Program-made: the position numbers and the translations under genes
The notes under the pieces: model-generated
Told to the model about the DNA's origin: nothing
The model's input: the letters and a program-made list of their open reading frames with translations, nothing else
Databases searched by the model: none
Shown: positions 38,404 to 51,968 of the stretch, one piece after another
Position numbering within the stretch: the stretch's first letter is position 1
Layout of the letters: each line of letters opens with the position of its first letter
From: Podarcis bocagei
Taxonomy: Eukaryota
DNA length: 64,000 nt
Direction: 5' to 3' (one strand)
NCBI GenBank assembly: GCA_964188305.1
Contig: OZ076888.1

Positions 38404-38491
38404 AATAAAAAAATTCCTTCCAGTCGCACCTTAGAGTTTGTTATTGGTATGAGCTTTCGTGTGCATGCACACTTCTTCAGATACACTTCAG
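38404..38491 (-). mobile_element. Penelope-like terminal fragment with minimal hammerhead motif (38447-38484)
   Basis: Same sequence family as 4622-4714; 11-bp TSD ATCCCTACCAG (38393-38403, 38492-38502). Confidence 0.7.
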
Positions 38492-38707
38492 ATCCCTACC
38501 AGGTCGCTCAACCATTGCTACTGTGTGCTTTCTTTTAGCAGATCAGGATAACCAGGTGACAGCAAAAAATGCAAAAAATAAATAAATCAGCAGGGGCAAC
38601 TAGAATAAGATGTATTATTTGATTATTGAGGTAAATCTCCAGAATGTAATTTGTATAGTTAAGTTTTTACCTCTATCTCCAGTACATTTTATTTTACTGC
38701 TATGGCT

Positions 38708-39061
38708 GGTAAAGGTAAAGGGACCCCTGACCATTAGGTCCAGTCGTGGCTGACCCTGGGGTTGCGGCGTTCATCTCACTTTACTGACCGAGGGAGCCGA
38801 CATACAGCTTCTGGGTTATGTGACCAGCATGACTAAGCCACTTCTGGTGAATCAGAGCAGCGCACGGAAACGCCATTTACCTTCCCGCCGGAGTGGTACC
38901 TATTTATCTACTTGCACTTTGATGTGCTTTCAAACTGCTAGGTTGGCAGGAGCAGGGACTGAGCAACGGGAGCTCATCCCGTCACGGGGATTCGAACCGC
39001 CGACCTTCTGATTGGCAAGTCCTAGGCTCTGTGGTTTAACCCACAGCGCCACCCACGTCCC
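38708..39061 (-). mobile_element. Sauria SINE
   Basis: Reverse-complement full element; TSD CTGCTATGGCT. Confidence 0.9.
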
Positions 39062-40566
39062 TGCTATGGCTAGTAGGGGATGCAAAAAAAAAAATTCTTC
39101 TGAATATATTGGTTGGAGACCATCATAGGACCCTCCCCTCTTTAAAACATAGCAGGGCTAAGAAGCCACTTGCTGTACCAGGACATTAACAAAAAGCGAT
39201 TGTGCGGGGGGGATGCAACTACTAAATATTTTTGAGCCCATCCTCCTCTAATACATGGTGCTGGGACAGAACACAATAATAAAATTAAAACACCAAACAA
39301 ACAAACAAACAAACAAACAAACAAACAAAACAACAACACACCACTCAGTGTAAACACAGGCAAAAGAATAACATCACAAAATTGGTGGTTAAAAGACCAA
39401 TTTTAGGAGCTAAAAAAACCCTACCCAGGTAGCACGGATAAATGAGTGCCTGTAATTGCACATAATAGTAAGAGAAACAGGAAGGCTTGAAGAATGGAGA
39501 ATGGAAACATGCAACCACAGGAGATGTTTATAAGTCATTATTACTGTAACCATGCAGTTACATATGTGCATGTATAAACACCTTCAGAACGAGACTGGCT
39601 TAGTTGTACGGTACCTATATCTAATCATGAAGCAGGTGTTCTTCATCTGAGACCAGGGACTGGAGCCTGAGCTGCAGAAGCAGGCAGAAGATACTGCTCT
39701 CTTGAACTGGCAAAGGCAGATATCCAAGCTCCTATTATCTAGCTTGGACTTGGCCAACTTTTCCTCCTGACTGTCCATTGTAGGAGACTGCAATCTCCTC
39801 ACAGGATTGTGAAGCAGCAGATTGCCAACCCCTGAGACACCATTCCTTTCCAGCACCCAGTGCTTTCTGCCTCCTTTCTTGCTTCCTGCCAGCTGCCTTG
39901 ATGGCGACAGCACAGTTACAACCCAGAGGTAATGGTGCGCAGAATTCCAGCCTCGGAGACTGACTACACTGCAGCCCAGGTCAATGGGAAGATTCTTCTA
40001 CTGATTTGAATGGTACAGAATCTCGTCTTCCGAGGATTTGTGGAGCAAGCCACAATCAATGCATGTTCTCTTTAGCTGCCTGAATAAGATTATCTGTTAC
40101 ACACTTGACTCGGCAATGAGCGTGCCAGAGAAAAACATATTCATCGCATGAGGCACACTTAATCTGAGTCCCATCTCCTCAGTGTCCCTGCGCGTCGTCA
40201 CGACACATCCTGAGTCTGCTTATGTCAAATGCAAAGGAGATGAGGCTGTTAATAAAACACTCAGGTGTGTATTCAGTGCTACCTGATTTCTCATACGAAA
40301 GCTTCCTGCTGCATGCCGTGCTCATTTCCCACATGGCACTAGGATGCTATTGCAATGCTATGTATCGGGGCTGGAGCATCCAGAAAATCGTGGAGCTGTT
40401 AGGCTGCTAATTGGGCTCAGCCATTGTGAACCTATTTTGCCATTGCTTAAAGAGCTGCCCTGGCTCCTGGTTCATTTCTGAGAGCAATACAAAGTGTTGG
40501 TGCTGCCTGTTAAGGCTATATATGGCTTGGGATCTGGAAACAGCTCACATAGCTGCCTGCTCTATA

Positions 40567-40808
40567 CAGTGGTACCTCGGGTTACATACGCTTCAGGTTA
40601 CATCTGCTTCAGATTACAGACTCCGCTAACCCAGAAATAGTGCTTCAGGTTAAGAACTTTGCTTCAGGATAAGTACAGAAATCGTGCTCCGGCGGCGCGG
40701 CGGCAGCAGGAGGCCCCATGAGCTAAAGTGGTGCTTCAGGTTAAGAACAGTTTCAGGTTAAGAACAGACCTCCAGAACGAATTAAGTACTTAACCCGAGG
40801 TACCACTG
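40567..40808. mobile_element. Tc1/mariner MITE nested in an old L2 fragment (about 40330-40910)
   Basis: TA-CAGTGGTACCTCGGG...CCCGAGGTACCACTG-TA. Confidence 0.85.
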
Positions 40809-42932
40809 TATTCACCTGCCTGTGCACTAAGATCATCTTTGGATGTCCTCCCCCAGGTACCCCGCCATCTGATGCAAGGCATGTGGCAACTGGGAAGAGG
40901 GACTTTTCCAGAAGACTAAGCAGACAGAGCCAGGCTGCCTCCCAAGCCTACACAAGTGTAACATGTAGCTCGTCTCTGAATGAACCTTGTTCTTATCCAT
41001 TTATGTTCAGGGCAGAGGGTTAGGTAGCCACCCCTTCTAATCTTGTGGACTATAGAGAAACTTTTGCAAAACTATTGGTGTGCTCTGTCACTGCAATGAT
41101 CAGTCTTTCCATTCCAGGTCAGGGAAATCTAGGACTACGTATTCTGTCATAAAAAAAATACCTGTAATCAAGAATAGGGGGAAGCAAACAGCATATGCAC
41201 TTCAGCACTTTCCCCCCAGTGGGTATGAAAGAAAGCGTTGGCTTATAATCAATATCCCCCCCCTTTTTTGTAAAAATAGGATCCGTTAAATTAAATAGTC
41301 TTGGGATTTATTTATTTTTATCACTGCATTGTTTCAAGAGCAAAAGGTTTTTTTGATGCATGAAACCACCAAACCTAGCCGCAGGGCATTCATCTTGAAG
41401 GGAGCATTGTTCTGGCATTGTTCTGCTAATTGTGATGGTAAATGTTAATCAAAAATAGGCCTGTTTAATTGCTCATTGTGATTAACACTGCTGGACACCT
41501 CTAGTTCTGTTGTCAAAAAAGCTTTTCCTTCAGAAAGGAAAACAGAGCACTGTTCTGCGGGATGAAGAATGCCGGGTCAGACACAATGGAAGAGAAACAG
41601 ATGCATTCAAGTACATCCTGGGGCACAGTATACAAAGAGAATGCCTTATTTGCATGCCACTAGCTTCGATCCTGCCATCTCCAGTTGGAAATGATTCCCA
41701 GTGTAGTATATGCTAACCCTTTTCCTCCTGTAAAAAGGTCACAAAGAGGGAGAGCACAGTCTCAGAGATGGATTCATGTACCATGCAAGCTTAGGGTTCA
41801 TCCACACTTCTGTTTGCTATCGAATTGGAGCAAACATCAGTCAGGTTTTCTCCAGATTGACATTTGCTCCAATTTAGTACAGAAGTGTGGGTTTCCTGGG
41901 GGAAAGCAGTGAGGAAAAGGCCAAACTGCTCGTGGGAGAAGTGGAAATGTGGATAAGACCTATTTACAGGGACTAAGCACCGCTGCAATGAAGGCACAAA
42001 GAGGACAAACTGTCACAGGCTCTACTATAAAGAGACCAAGATATGAAAGCAAGGAACTAAGCTATTGCAGAGGAAATTACAGACAGCATAGCAAAGACCG
42101 GGGAGTTTCAGGTGGACACTTGTAAATTATAAGGTTTTGGGATAATAAAGCTAGATATGGCTGAGGGGGTGGCATTTCAAATCTCTTCACCACCAATTTG
42201 CAATGCTTATTCAAGGGAAATAAATATTCTAGAACAGATGGGTAGCATTCTGTTTGCTGATATTAATTGGCATTAGATCGCTGCATGTCCAGGTTGCCCC
42301 TGCCATATCTATGTGGTCTGCAGGGTATAAGGGAAATGACAGTTTAACGAATCCTCTGTATATGTGAAGCAGATTGACAAGTCTGTCACACACCCCGCAT
42401 TGGACCCACCATCGCAACCATTCTGAAAATATTGTTTGGGAAGTTAAATGTAGTAATAAAGGAGGAGTTATTCTTCTAATGAACCATCTGGAGAATGGTT
42501 GGTAAAATCAAGGGTGAGTTAAGATACAAAGTTAAAAGAAGAAGGACAGATTAGGTGTGGACCTTTAAGACCGTTGTGGTGGGCCTTCATAAATTTCTCC
42601 TTCTCCATTTTCAGTATAGGGAAAGCAATTGTAACTTCTATTTGGTAGCAATGAGGCTGAACAATGCAACAGAGAGGTCAGGGATGGACCCATTGCCAGC
42701 AGCTGAAATGGCTTAGGATCCACTTGATCCTTCGGCAGACTCCACGCTTCCTTGACCCAGAGATGCCAGAAATTCTCATTTCACAGCTGACAGCACTCCC
42801 TTACTTCAATTTAACTTCAACGACTCAAATTATGACGCTACTGCAGCAGTGCCCATTACAAATCACTGTTTCTCAGCCACAAATCTTGGGTCTCCCTGTT
42901 TGCCATTTCTCTCCAGTATCCTATCCCCTTAC

Positions 42933-43187
42933 CTCTTCTGTGATATCAATCTTCAGGACAGCGGTGGTGCTAAATGAAGGAGAGCCCCGATCTTTGGCTT
43001 GAACTACCACCGACCATATGCAGTCTTTGTTGTTGGTGATGTTGTGAATTATGTCCAAGGATCTTATGTAGGATTTCAGTTTTATTTCGCCGGTGCTTTG
43101 GTCTATATCAAACACATTGGCAGGATCTGCTTGCATAATAGAATAGTCAACTATGTTATTGGGTTCTTCCGCATCTTGGTCTATTGC
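42933..43187 (-). CDS. CDHR1: CDHR1 exon (about exon 16; last cadherin repeat)
   Basis: caacag|GCA; [39 protein letters not shown]|gtaagg; 255 nt, phase 0/0. Confidence 0.95.
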
Positions 43188-43350
43188 CTGTTGGGGATGG
43201 GGAGAAAAAGTGAAAGAGAAATGTTTATTGAATGGCAATCTATTTTAAAGAGGACTGGTTCTTTTGGATTCTGAAGTTCCATACTTCTGTACCAGAACTT
43301 TGTGGGGTGGGGTTTGGTTGGATTCCGGAGTAGTTTAAAAATCTATCTTG

Positions 43351-43640
43351 TACCAGTCTTCCATTTTATATTCTGCTTGCTATAGAGAGGTGTGGGATAC
43401 AGCTATTAATGATAAATTGACATGTGCCATTAAGGCAAGGCAGGGAATATGCAGGAGAAATGATTCTGAGGACATATGGAGAATGTTTGTAGAATTTGGA
43501 CTGTTAAAATGGAAAGGAGTCAAACCATCGCAAGAGGTGTTGAAATTTTGGGAGGCGGGATAGTTACGATGGTTTCAGTGGTGGGGTGCACATTTTTATT
43601 CTTATTTATGATTATTAATTTGTTTAAAAATTGAAACAAA
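43351..43640 (+). mobile_element. 5'-truncated L1/Tx1-type LINE 3' end
   Basis: REVWDTAINDKLTC..IWRMFVEF; A-rich tail; TSD AAAAATCTATCTTG on both sides. Confidence 0.7.
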
Positions 43641-44786
43641 AAAATCTATCTTGGAGAAAATTGAAATGCTAGGAATTTGAAGGAACAGTTCCCCCCTTGG
43701 AAAAAAAAAACCCTTGGAAAATTCAGATCTCCTACCAATTATCCCCTTCCCCCTTTTCATTTGAAAAACTCTGTAATGGGGGATTTTTTATTATTTTTTT
43801 TACAAAAATAAAACCAATGTATGTTTAATTTTCTGATTTGAAGATAATGGCCATTGTGCAGAATTCTGCCCGCTGCATCTGAAATCAGCATTTCCCATCA
43901 GAAAAACAGTAGGGGGTTGGAATTCTAGAACAATTCCAGAATGGAACTGCTCCATCCTGCTCGACCTATTAACAGTTTTGTTGTATTCCATCAAAGCTAA
44001 AGAGTAATGAGGCGCAGCAAAACAGAAATCGCACCTGTGATGCAACTCCAGTATTTGAAGAATGGTTCTAGACTATCCTTTTATGATTATTTCTTGTAAG
44101 CAAAAGACCCATGGCATTTCATGAGTAATAATAATAAATTATTTATACCCCACCCATCTGTTTGGGTTTCCCCAGCCATTCTGGGCGGCTCCCAACAGAA
44201 CATTAAAAATACGATAAGATTGGAGAACTTTCCGATGCCACCTCTCTGAAACAATCTTCTCTGTCTCTCGCCACCTCTCTGACACTGTCATTCTCTGCCT
44301 CCCACTCCAACCTTGACTCTCTTTGTGCCCAGACACTCTTCTGGGTCTTCTTCTTCACCCACTCTGTGCCCTGATTTGTCTTCCTATTGGTATTTCCATG
44401 GGATGACTGGCATCTATTCACGTATGAAGGAGAACGTAACGGGATGCCCTCAAGTGTACCATTAGGGCTTAAGGCAGGGTAAGGAACCTCTAGCCTGCGG
44501 GCCAGTGTTGGACTGCCATTGGGCTCTGGGTTGGCCTGTGAGGCCTTTCCCCCCAAACCATGCCCAAATCCCAATCAGCTGACTTAATTTGTGATGTCAT
44601 CTGATGGGCACTTCAGTATGGTTAAATCCTGTGCTGACCCTCTGTCTGTTCCCAGCAGGGAATAGCAGTGTGTACCCAAACTGAGCAGGATTTAACCCCC
44701 CACTCATTAGTTGCCTGCTCCGAGCCATTAAGAAGAAACAACCCTGCTCTTACAAGCCTTGATTTTCCACAGGTCTCCCTAAGCTG

Positions 44787-45115
44787 TAAAGGTAAAGGTA
44801 AAGGACCCCTGGATGGTTAAGTCCAGTCAAAGGCGATTATGGAGTTGTGGCACTCATCTCTCTTTCAGGCTGAGGGAGCCGGCGTTTGTCCACAGACAGC
44901 TTTCCAGGAACACCATGACAGAAGTGCACAGAAGCGCCATTAACCTTCCCGCCACACCTATTTATCTGCACTGGCATGCTTTCGAACTGTTAGGTTGGCA
45001 GGAGCTGGGACAGAGCAATGGGAGCTCACTCCATCATGGGGATTCGAACCGCCGACCTTCTGGTCGGCAAGCCCAAGAGGCTCTGTGGGTTAGACCACAG
45101 CGCCACCCGCGTCCT
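44787..45115 (-). mobile_element. Sauria SINE (internally deleted)
   Basis: AAAGGT repeats, core and head in reverse; TSD CTAA(G/A)CTGTAA. Confidence 0.88.
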
Positions 45116-45301
45116 CTAAACTGTAATGGAAGATTGAAAAGTGGATTATACCCATAGCTGCACAGATTTACTTACAGAAGTGTAAGCTCCTTATTTAGCC
45201 TTTGAGTCCATAACAGGAACCATTGCAACATAACAAATCCATTGCAATCACTTCAATACCAATCACTACAACCAAACACACAAACGCGCAAATCGACCAA
45301 C

Positions 45302-45530
45302 CTCCACTTTCACGGGAGTGCCTATAATCATGGTTTTTTCCTGGATGTTCTCGTTGAACTCTGGGGAGTGATCGTTGACGTCAAGCACAGTAATGAAGAC
45401 TTCAGCCAAGCTATACTTCCCCTCTGTATCTTCTGCCTTCACATAGAAGTTGTACTTGGATGTAACTTCTGCATCTAACGTGGCCCATGGCTGGGTGTAA
45501 ATGATTCCAGTGGATGGATGGATGAGAAAT
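45302..45530 (-). CDS. CDHR1: CDHR1 exon (about exon 15)
   Basis: ttccag|A TTT CTC; [39 protein letters not shown]|gttggt; 229 nt. Confidence 0.95.
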
Positions 45531-46608
45531 CTGGAAGAAGAAAAACCAATGGCCAATATTTCATCTATTTCCAAGTTAGCTGCACAGACAGAAGAAAAGA
45601 GATCACCCTTATGTTCAGATGACCCTTTTCAGAGTGATTTCTCCCCCTACAGTAGCTGCTGTGGGTGGCTGCAGTCCCAATTGTGCTTTGAAAATGGGAA
45701 TTTATTTGTTACAAATCATATTAACCAATTCTCTATAAAATACTCCGAACAACATACAGTAAAACAAGTGTTTAACGTGCTGCATCTCTTAAAAAGAACA
45801 TTTCATACCAATTGCTACAAAATACCCATTTAAAATCAAGCTCAACTCAGCTATTCAGCATTTTTGAAAGTCGTGGCGAATAAAAACTGTTGACCTATAG
45901 GGAAAAAAGGGAGCAAAAGGATGGAGTCTGGTATACTTCCATGTGTACAGAATTCCACAGGGAAGAGTGTCATATCACCGAAAGCCTTGCTCGCTCTGTG
46001 GCCAGCCTTACCAAAATCATTTTTCTACGGAAACTTCTCAGTTTGTACAGCTTATGGGCATGGAAAAGATCCCAGAAGAGGCCCATTTTGATTATTAAGA
46101 TTAATTAAGGATGGAGTTATTTGTGTAAGATGGCAGAAGTTATTAACACAAGGGCTCTGAAGTAGGAAGCGATGTCTTATATTGAGGAAAAACGTTAACA
46201 CCTTTGGACTCCTCTAATTTGAGTTATTTCCTGTTTAATTTTAATTAGAAATGATTTTAAGGAAACGAGAAAGCAATCTGGAACTCATGGAGTATTCCCT
46301 GGGTCTGTCAGAGGGGTCATGTTATTCTTGCACTATTATATATATATATATTTAAAAGTTCATGTTATCTGTTGATCTGAATATGCTTTCACCCTTCACC
46401 TTACTTCAACATATTTTAGAAGGCCCTACAAGAGTTGAAAACTGCTCAGAGGAGTGTGTGTGTGTTGCTGCCCATTGGATATTTTGGTTTATCTCCCCCC
46501 AACAAAAAAATAAATAAATTCCTGAGCATTGGCCATGCTTGCTGAAGCTGATGAGAGCTGCAGTTCAACAACAGGCATGGGGGGGGGAACAGGTTGCTAA
46601 AGAGTGGC

Positions 46609-46610
<2 letters not shown>

Positions 46611-46648
<38 letters not shown>

Positions 46649-46997
46649 ATAGTCATGTCCGACTCTTTGTGGCCCCATGGACCAGAGCATGCCAGGCACT
46701 CCTCTCTTCCACTGCCTCCTGCAGTTTGGTCAGACTCATGCTGGTAGCTTCGCAAACACCATCCAACCATCTTGTCCTCTGTCATCCCCTTCTCCTTGTG
46801 CCCTCCATCTTTCCCAACATCAGGGTCTTTTCCAGGGAGTCTTCTCTTCTCATGAGGTGGCCAAAGTATTGGAGCCTCAGCTTCATGATCTGTCCTTCCA
46901 GTGAGCACTCAGGGCTGATTTCCTTCAGAATGGATACGTTTGATCTTCTTGCAGTCCATGGGACTCTCAAGAGTCTCCTCCAGCACCATAATTCAAG
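46611..46997 (-). mobile_element. BovB (RTE) LINE 3' fragment with (CAA)n tail
   Basis: ELWCWRRLLRVPWTARRSN..LRLQYFGHLMRREDSLEKTLMLGK; TSD GAGTGGCTT. Confidence 0.92.
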
Positions 46998-47012
46998 GAG
47001 TGGCTTAAGGCA

Positions 47013-47078
<66 letters not shown>

Positions 47079-48007
47079 GTGTGTGTCTATTTGTATCTAT
47101 ATACAGTATATCTGCATGCAAATAATTATATTAAATCCAAATCTGCAAAAGTCAAAAGGGGGGGGGGAATCAGTTCCAGTGTAACATGGATATGTTTAGA
47201 TGTAATACTATTTTTATACAAGGTCTCTGGAGCCTTTGAATATGGCGAAAAAAATGAGGGGGTGGGTGAATTGATTGCCTGGCATTTCAAGTTTCATATT
47301 TTTTAATCCATTTTGGATGCGTCCCTTGTTTTTGTGAACAGCACAGTGCGGTGGATTTCCACTTAGTCCCTCTGCACTGAAACAAGGGAGAATGGCGCAG
47401 TTGTGCAGTTTGTAACAACAATGTATTGAGTCATGCGCTGAATAAAACAACGCAGAGACCTTCAGCACGCAAGGAATGGAAGTGTGATGAATGCAACGTT
47501 TGGCTGTAGGTTAGTTTGGCTGAACGCTGCATTGGATCCCTTATAAAACAAGAAAGGGGAGAAGAATTTATTTCCTTCTGCTTCTAAAGGGAGTTAAGAT
47601 CTGCTCCTCAAACTCTGAGGTACATTTAGACTATCTCAGAGTAGGCAAGTCTGAAAATCTTTGCTTAAATGAGTGTAGGACTGCAACTTCATCACACACA
47701 GACACACCCTGAAGGCAGCAGGTGAGCAAAACTATTTGTCATACATTATATACCAATCATTTCAAACGGCAGACTGAATTTATTTGAAAGATGCTAATAT
47801 GAAATCTGATTCTATGAATTTGCAGATAGAATGATTTGGGGGTGCCTTTTTTAAAACACAAGATAGTGCTAAGTGTTCTGGGGTCCCCTCACCACTTTGA
47901 CTTTTCCAATAGCAAGGCCAAGTCATAAATTCTCGAGTAAACTTATTTTACTCAAAAATGATTTGGGGGTAATGGAAGTTGCCCAGAGTGGCTGGGGATG
48001 GGTGGGG

Positions 48008-48061
<54 letters not shown>

Positions 48062-48744
48062 TCACAAACCCTACTCACACCTTTTCTTTTTTGCTACCAA
48101 CTCCTCTTCCTGCCCTTACTCCATATTGGCTTCATAATAAAGCCAAATCAGAATGAGGGCAATGTGTCCTGCCATTACTCTGATTGGCTTAATTGTAAAA
48201 TAAAGACAACAAGGGGGTCCAGTAGCACACAGAACCATTGCTATGGCAACCAGGAATATCAGTAAGTGGAATAAACTTCACAGAGCCCCTACAAAATTGC
48301 TGAAAAATTGCCCCACACAACTCTTGGATTCAGCCCAATAACAACAGTAATAACAATCTCCTAATGTAAAATGTCCCAAGCAGAAATTAAAAATCAACAT
48401 TGTTTATTGTTGTTTTTTTCATGCTCAGTGAGTCGGTGTAAATATTGGAAGTAATTAAAAATCTAATTATTTTTGCTAATTCCTTTTGAGACCATTTGCT
48501 GGGTATTAGAGTTATGACTAGGGATCTATGTCCAACTTTCTGCAAATGCAAAGGGCAAGATATTCAAAAGGTTGTTCGTGAAGACAGAGAAATACTATTA
48601 GAATTCTGCTCTTGTAGAAGTGCCTTGAGTTTTTCAGGTGTAACCAGAGAGACAGCCCATCCCACGAATTGCTTAACGGCATCCTAAAAGAGGGGAGAAA
48701 TATCTAAAGGAGATGCTTAACTGTTGTTGCTGTCATATATATAT

Positions 48745-49202
48745 GACAGCAAAGGTCCGTATAGTTAAAGCCATGGTTTTCCCAGTAGTGATGTATAGAA
48801 GTGAGAGCTGGACCATAAAGAAGGCTGATCGCCAAAGAATTGATGCTTTTGAATTATGGTGCTGGAGGAGACTCTTGAGAGTCCCATGGACTGCAAGAAG
48901 ATCAAACCTCTCCATTCTTAAAGAAATCAGCCCTGAGTGCTCACTGGAAGGACAGATCCTGTAGCTGAGGCTCCAATACTTTGGTCACCTCATGAGAAAA
49001 GAAGACTCCCTGGAAAAGACCCTGATGTTGGGCACAAGAAGGGGACGACAGAGGACGAGATGGTTGGACAATGTTCTCAAAGCTACAAACATGAGTCTGA
49101 CCAAACTGCGGGAGGCAGTGGAAGACAGGAGTGCCTGGCGTGCTCTGGTCCATGGGGTCACGAAGAGTCGGACACGACTAAATGACTAAACAACAACAGC
49201 AA
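48745..49202 (+). mobile_element. BovB (RTE) LINE 3' fragment
   Basis: KVRIVKAMVFPVVMY.SESWTIKKADRQRIDAFELWCWRRLL; CAA tail. Confidence 0.92.
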
Positions 49203-49477
49203 TATATGATTATTTTCTGCATGCAATGCAGGAGACACTGAGGGTTTTCAAGGTCACTTAGGAAATGTGGCTCAGAACTGGAGGAAAAAGCACATGGTTT
49301 TCTGACTCTCTATCAGGGTCCATCCAAACCTTTTCATTCTCCATGGGTGAGGTGCTAAGCATCCTGCCGATGGATGTGCAGGAAGAACAATGGCTCCCAG
49401 GACCAGGATATGGCTGTGCTGGGCAGCAAATACCACTTACCTGAAGCCCCAGTTCAGTGGAGATAATCAGAGTTCTA

Positions 49478-50078
49478 AGGGATGCAGGTGGCGCTGTGGT
49501 CTAAACCACTGAGCCTCTTGGGCTTGCCGATCAGAAGGTCAGCGGTTCGAATCTGCGCAACGGGGTGAGCTCCCGTTGCTCTGTGCCAGCTCCTGCCAAC
49601 CTAGCAGTTCAAAAGCACACTACAGTGGTACCTCGGGTTACAGACGCTTCAGGTTACAGACACTTCAGTTTACAGGCTCTGCTAACCCAGAAATGGTACC
49701 TCGGGTTAAGAACTTTGCTTCAGGATGAGAACAAAAATCATGCGGCAGTGGGAGGCCCCATTAGCTAAAGTGGTACCTCAGGTTAAGAACAGTTTCAGGT
49801 TACGAACGGACCTCCAGAATGAATGAAGTTCTTAACCCGAGGTACCATCGTAGTTCAAATAGATAAATAGGTACCGCTGTGGCAGGAAGGTAAATGGCGT
49901 TTCCGTGAGTTGTGGGTCCCGTCACAGTGCTCCGTTGCACCAGAAGTGGTTTAGTCATGCTGGCCACGTGACCCAGAAAGCTGTCTGTGGACAAACACCA
50001 GCTCCCTCGGCTTGAGATTGAGATGAGCGCCTCACCCAACAGTTGCCTTTGACTGGACGTAACCATCCAGGTCCTTTT
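49478..50078 (+). mobile_element. Sauria SINE interrupted by a mariner MITE (49623-49850)
   Basis: SINE head to AAAAGCACAC, TA-CAGTGGTACCTC MITE, then SINE resumes AGATAAATAGGTACC. Confidence 0.88.
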
Positions 50079-50787
50079 TAAATCAGAGTTTGAGGAGAAT
50101 TCCAGCCAGGTAAAGGCACCAAAATATGACACGAAGCAGGAAAAGGAAGGGGCCTAGATGGGGGGCAGATTTTTGGCATGAGGAGAGTCCAGAGGGCCAG
50201 ATGGAGAGATTTATTAGGTCCCAGGGGGCCTTACAGTGTTCCAGAAGGGTGATTATAAGTGGCACATCTTTTGAACGACATGCAGTTTTCATTGATAACC
50301 TCCTCAAAATTATTTGCTGCCCCCTAAGTGGCACATCTCTTGAATTGCATGCAGTTTTATTTGGTATCACCCTTAAAATCATTTGCTCCTCCCGATCCCA
50401 ATTTTTTATGCTTTTACGTTTTCTTTATGCAAAACTTTTACAACCCACAGTTGCTCAAGGCGGCTCACTCCATTGGTTTCACACAGTTCCATACATCAAA
50501 ACAAACGAAAAGCACACACTAAAACGGCAAACGTTAAAATGAAAAACAGCAACACCCTTTCCACAATCTGTTCTTCCTTTATGCATTATTGTTAGGTTCA
50601 TGTGGAAGAACCTGGAGGTTTGGTTCTCTGCATATTGCTTAGCTTGAAATAGAACACTGTTGGTGTGAAACAGCCAGGAAAAAGATATACATCCCCTTTA
50701 AGAATGAATTTCATCATGTTTGAATTTGATGCATCAGACAGAACATTACTCTCATTCATTTGCTAATAGCAATAAAAATTATGCAAA

Positions 50788-50840
<53 letters not shown>

Positions 50841-50887
50841 CTCTTAAACAAAAATATGTATATATCCATATGTATGTTTAAACTTAC

Positions 50888-50955
50888 AGATCTGCACCTG
50901 TTCCATAAATGGAGTATTTCATTTCACCCCAAAGTCCTGAATCAGGGTCTGTTGC
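50888..50955 (-). CDS. CDHR1: CDHR1 exon (about exon 14; 68 nt, not in ORF track)
   Basis: cttaag|GCA ACA GAC; [22 protein letters not shown](L)|gtaagt; phases fit both neighbours. Confidence 0.93.
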
Positions 50956-51159
50956 CTTAAGAAGAAAATGGAAAGGGGTACTGATGGATTAAAATAGAAA
51001 CGAAGCAGACTTTCATGACATGCGTAATTGGTCACATTGAGGATGGAAAATAGCAAAAACCAGAAGGCTACTTTCCCTAGGGGGGGCGCAGCTTTGGGAG
51101 TGGGATTTGGAGGACAGAAGTAGCCAAGGTGAGAGAGGGTGCCTCACCACTTTTCAGTC

Positions 51160-51164
51160 TAATA

Positions 51165-51218
<54 letters not shown>

Positions 51219-51600
51219 GTAATAATTTATTTATTAATTTATACCCCGCCTATCTGGCTGGGTTTCCCTAGCCACTCTGGGCGGCTCCCAATAGAATATT
51301 AAAAACACGATAAAAACATCAAACCTTAAAAACTTCCCTAAATAGGCTGCCTTCAGGTGTCTTCTAAAAGTCAGAAAATTGTTTATTTCCTAGACATCTG
51401 AAGGGAGGGCGTTCCACAGGGCGGGCGCCACTACCGAGAAGGCCCTCTACCTGGTTCCCTGTAACATCACTTCTCGCAGTGAGGGAGCCGCCAGAAGGCC
51501 CTCAGAGCTGGACCTCAGTGTTTGGGCTGAACGTTGGAGGTGAAGATGCTCCTTCAGGTATACTGAGCTGAGGCCGTTTATGGCTTTAAAGGTCAGCACC
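51160..51600 (-). mobile_element. L2 LINE 3' fragment with (AAT)n
   Basis: VLTFKAINGLSSVYLKEHL.. Confidence 0.85.
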
Positions 51601-51733
51601 CCAAATGGCCACAAACTGCTTCTATCTCCCCACCCCACCCTTTCACCACCAAGGTATTTGGAAATCAAATGTGCAACTGAAAGTTTGTGACAGGGTGGGC
51701 AAATTTAACGGTGGGGAAGAGTCATGTCAATTA

Positions 51734-51968
51734 TAGTGGTACCTCAGGTACAGAAGCTTCAGGTTACAGACGCTTCAGGTTACAGAGTCTGCTAACCCAG
51801 AAATAGTACCTTGGGTTAAGAACTTTGTTTCAGGATGAGAACAGAAATCACGTGGTGGCAGCGTGGCAGCAGCGGGAGGCCCCATTAGCTAAAGAGGTAC
51901 CTCAGGTTAAGAACAGGTTAAGAACGGACCTCTGGAATGAATTAAGTTCTTAACCAGAGGTACCACTG
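51734..51968. mobile_element. Tc1/mariner MITE
   Basis: AGTGGTACCTC ... GAGGTACCACTG-TA. Confidence 0.8.
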
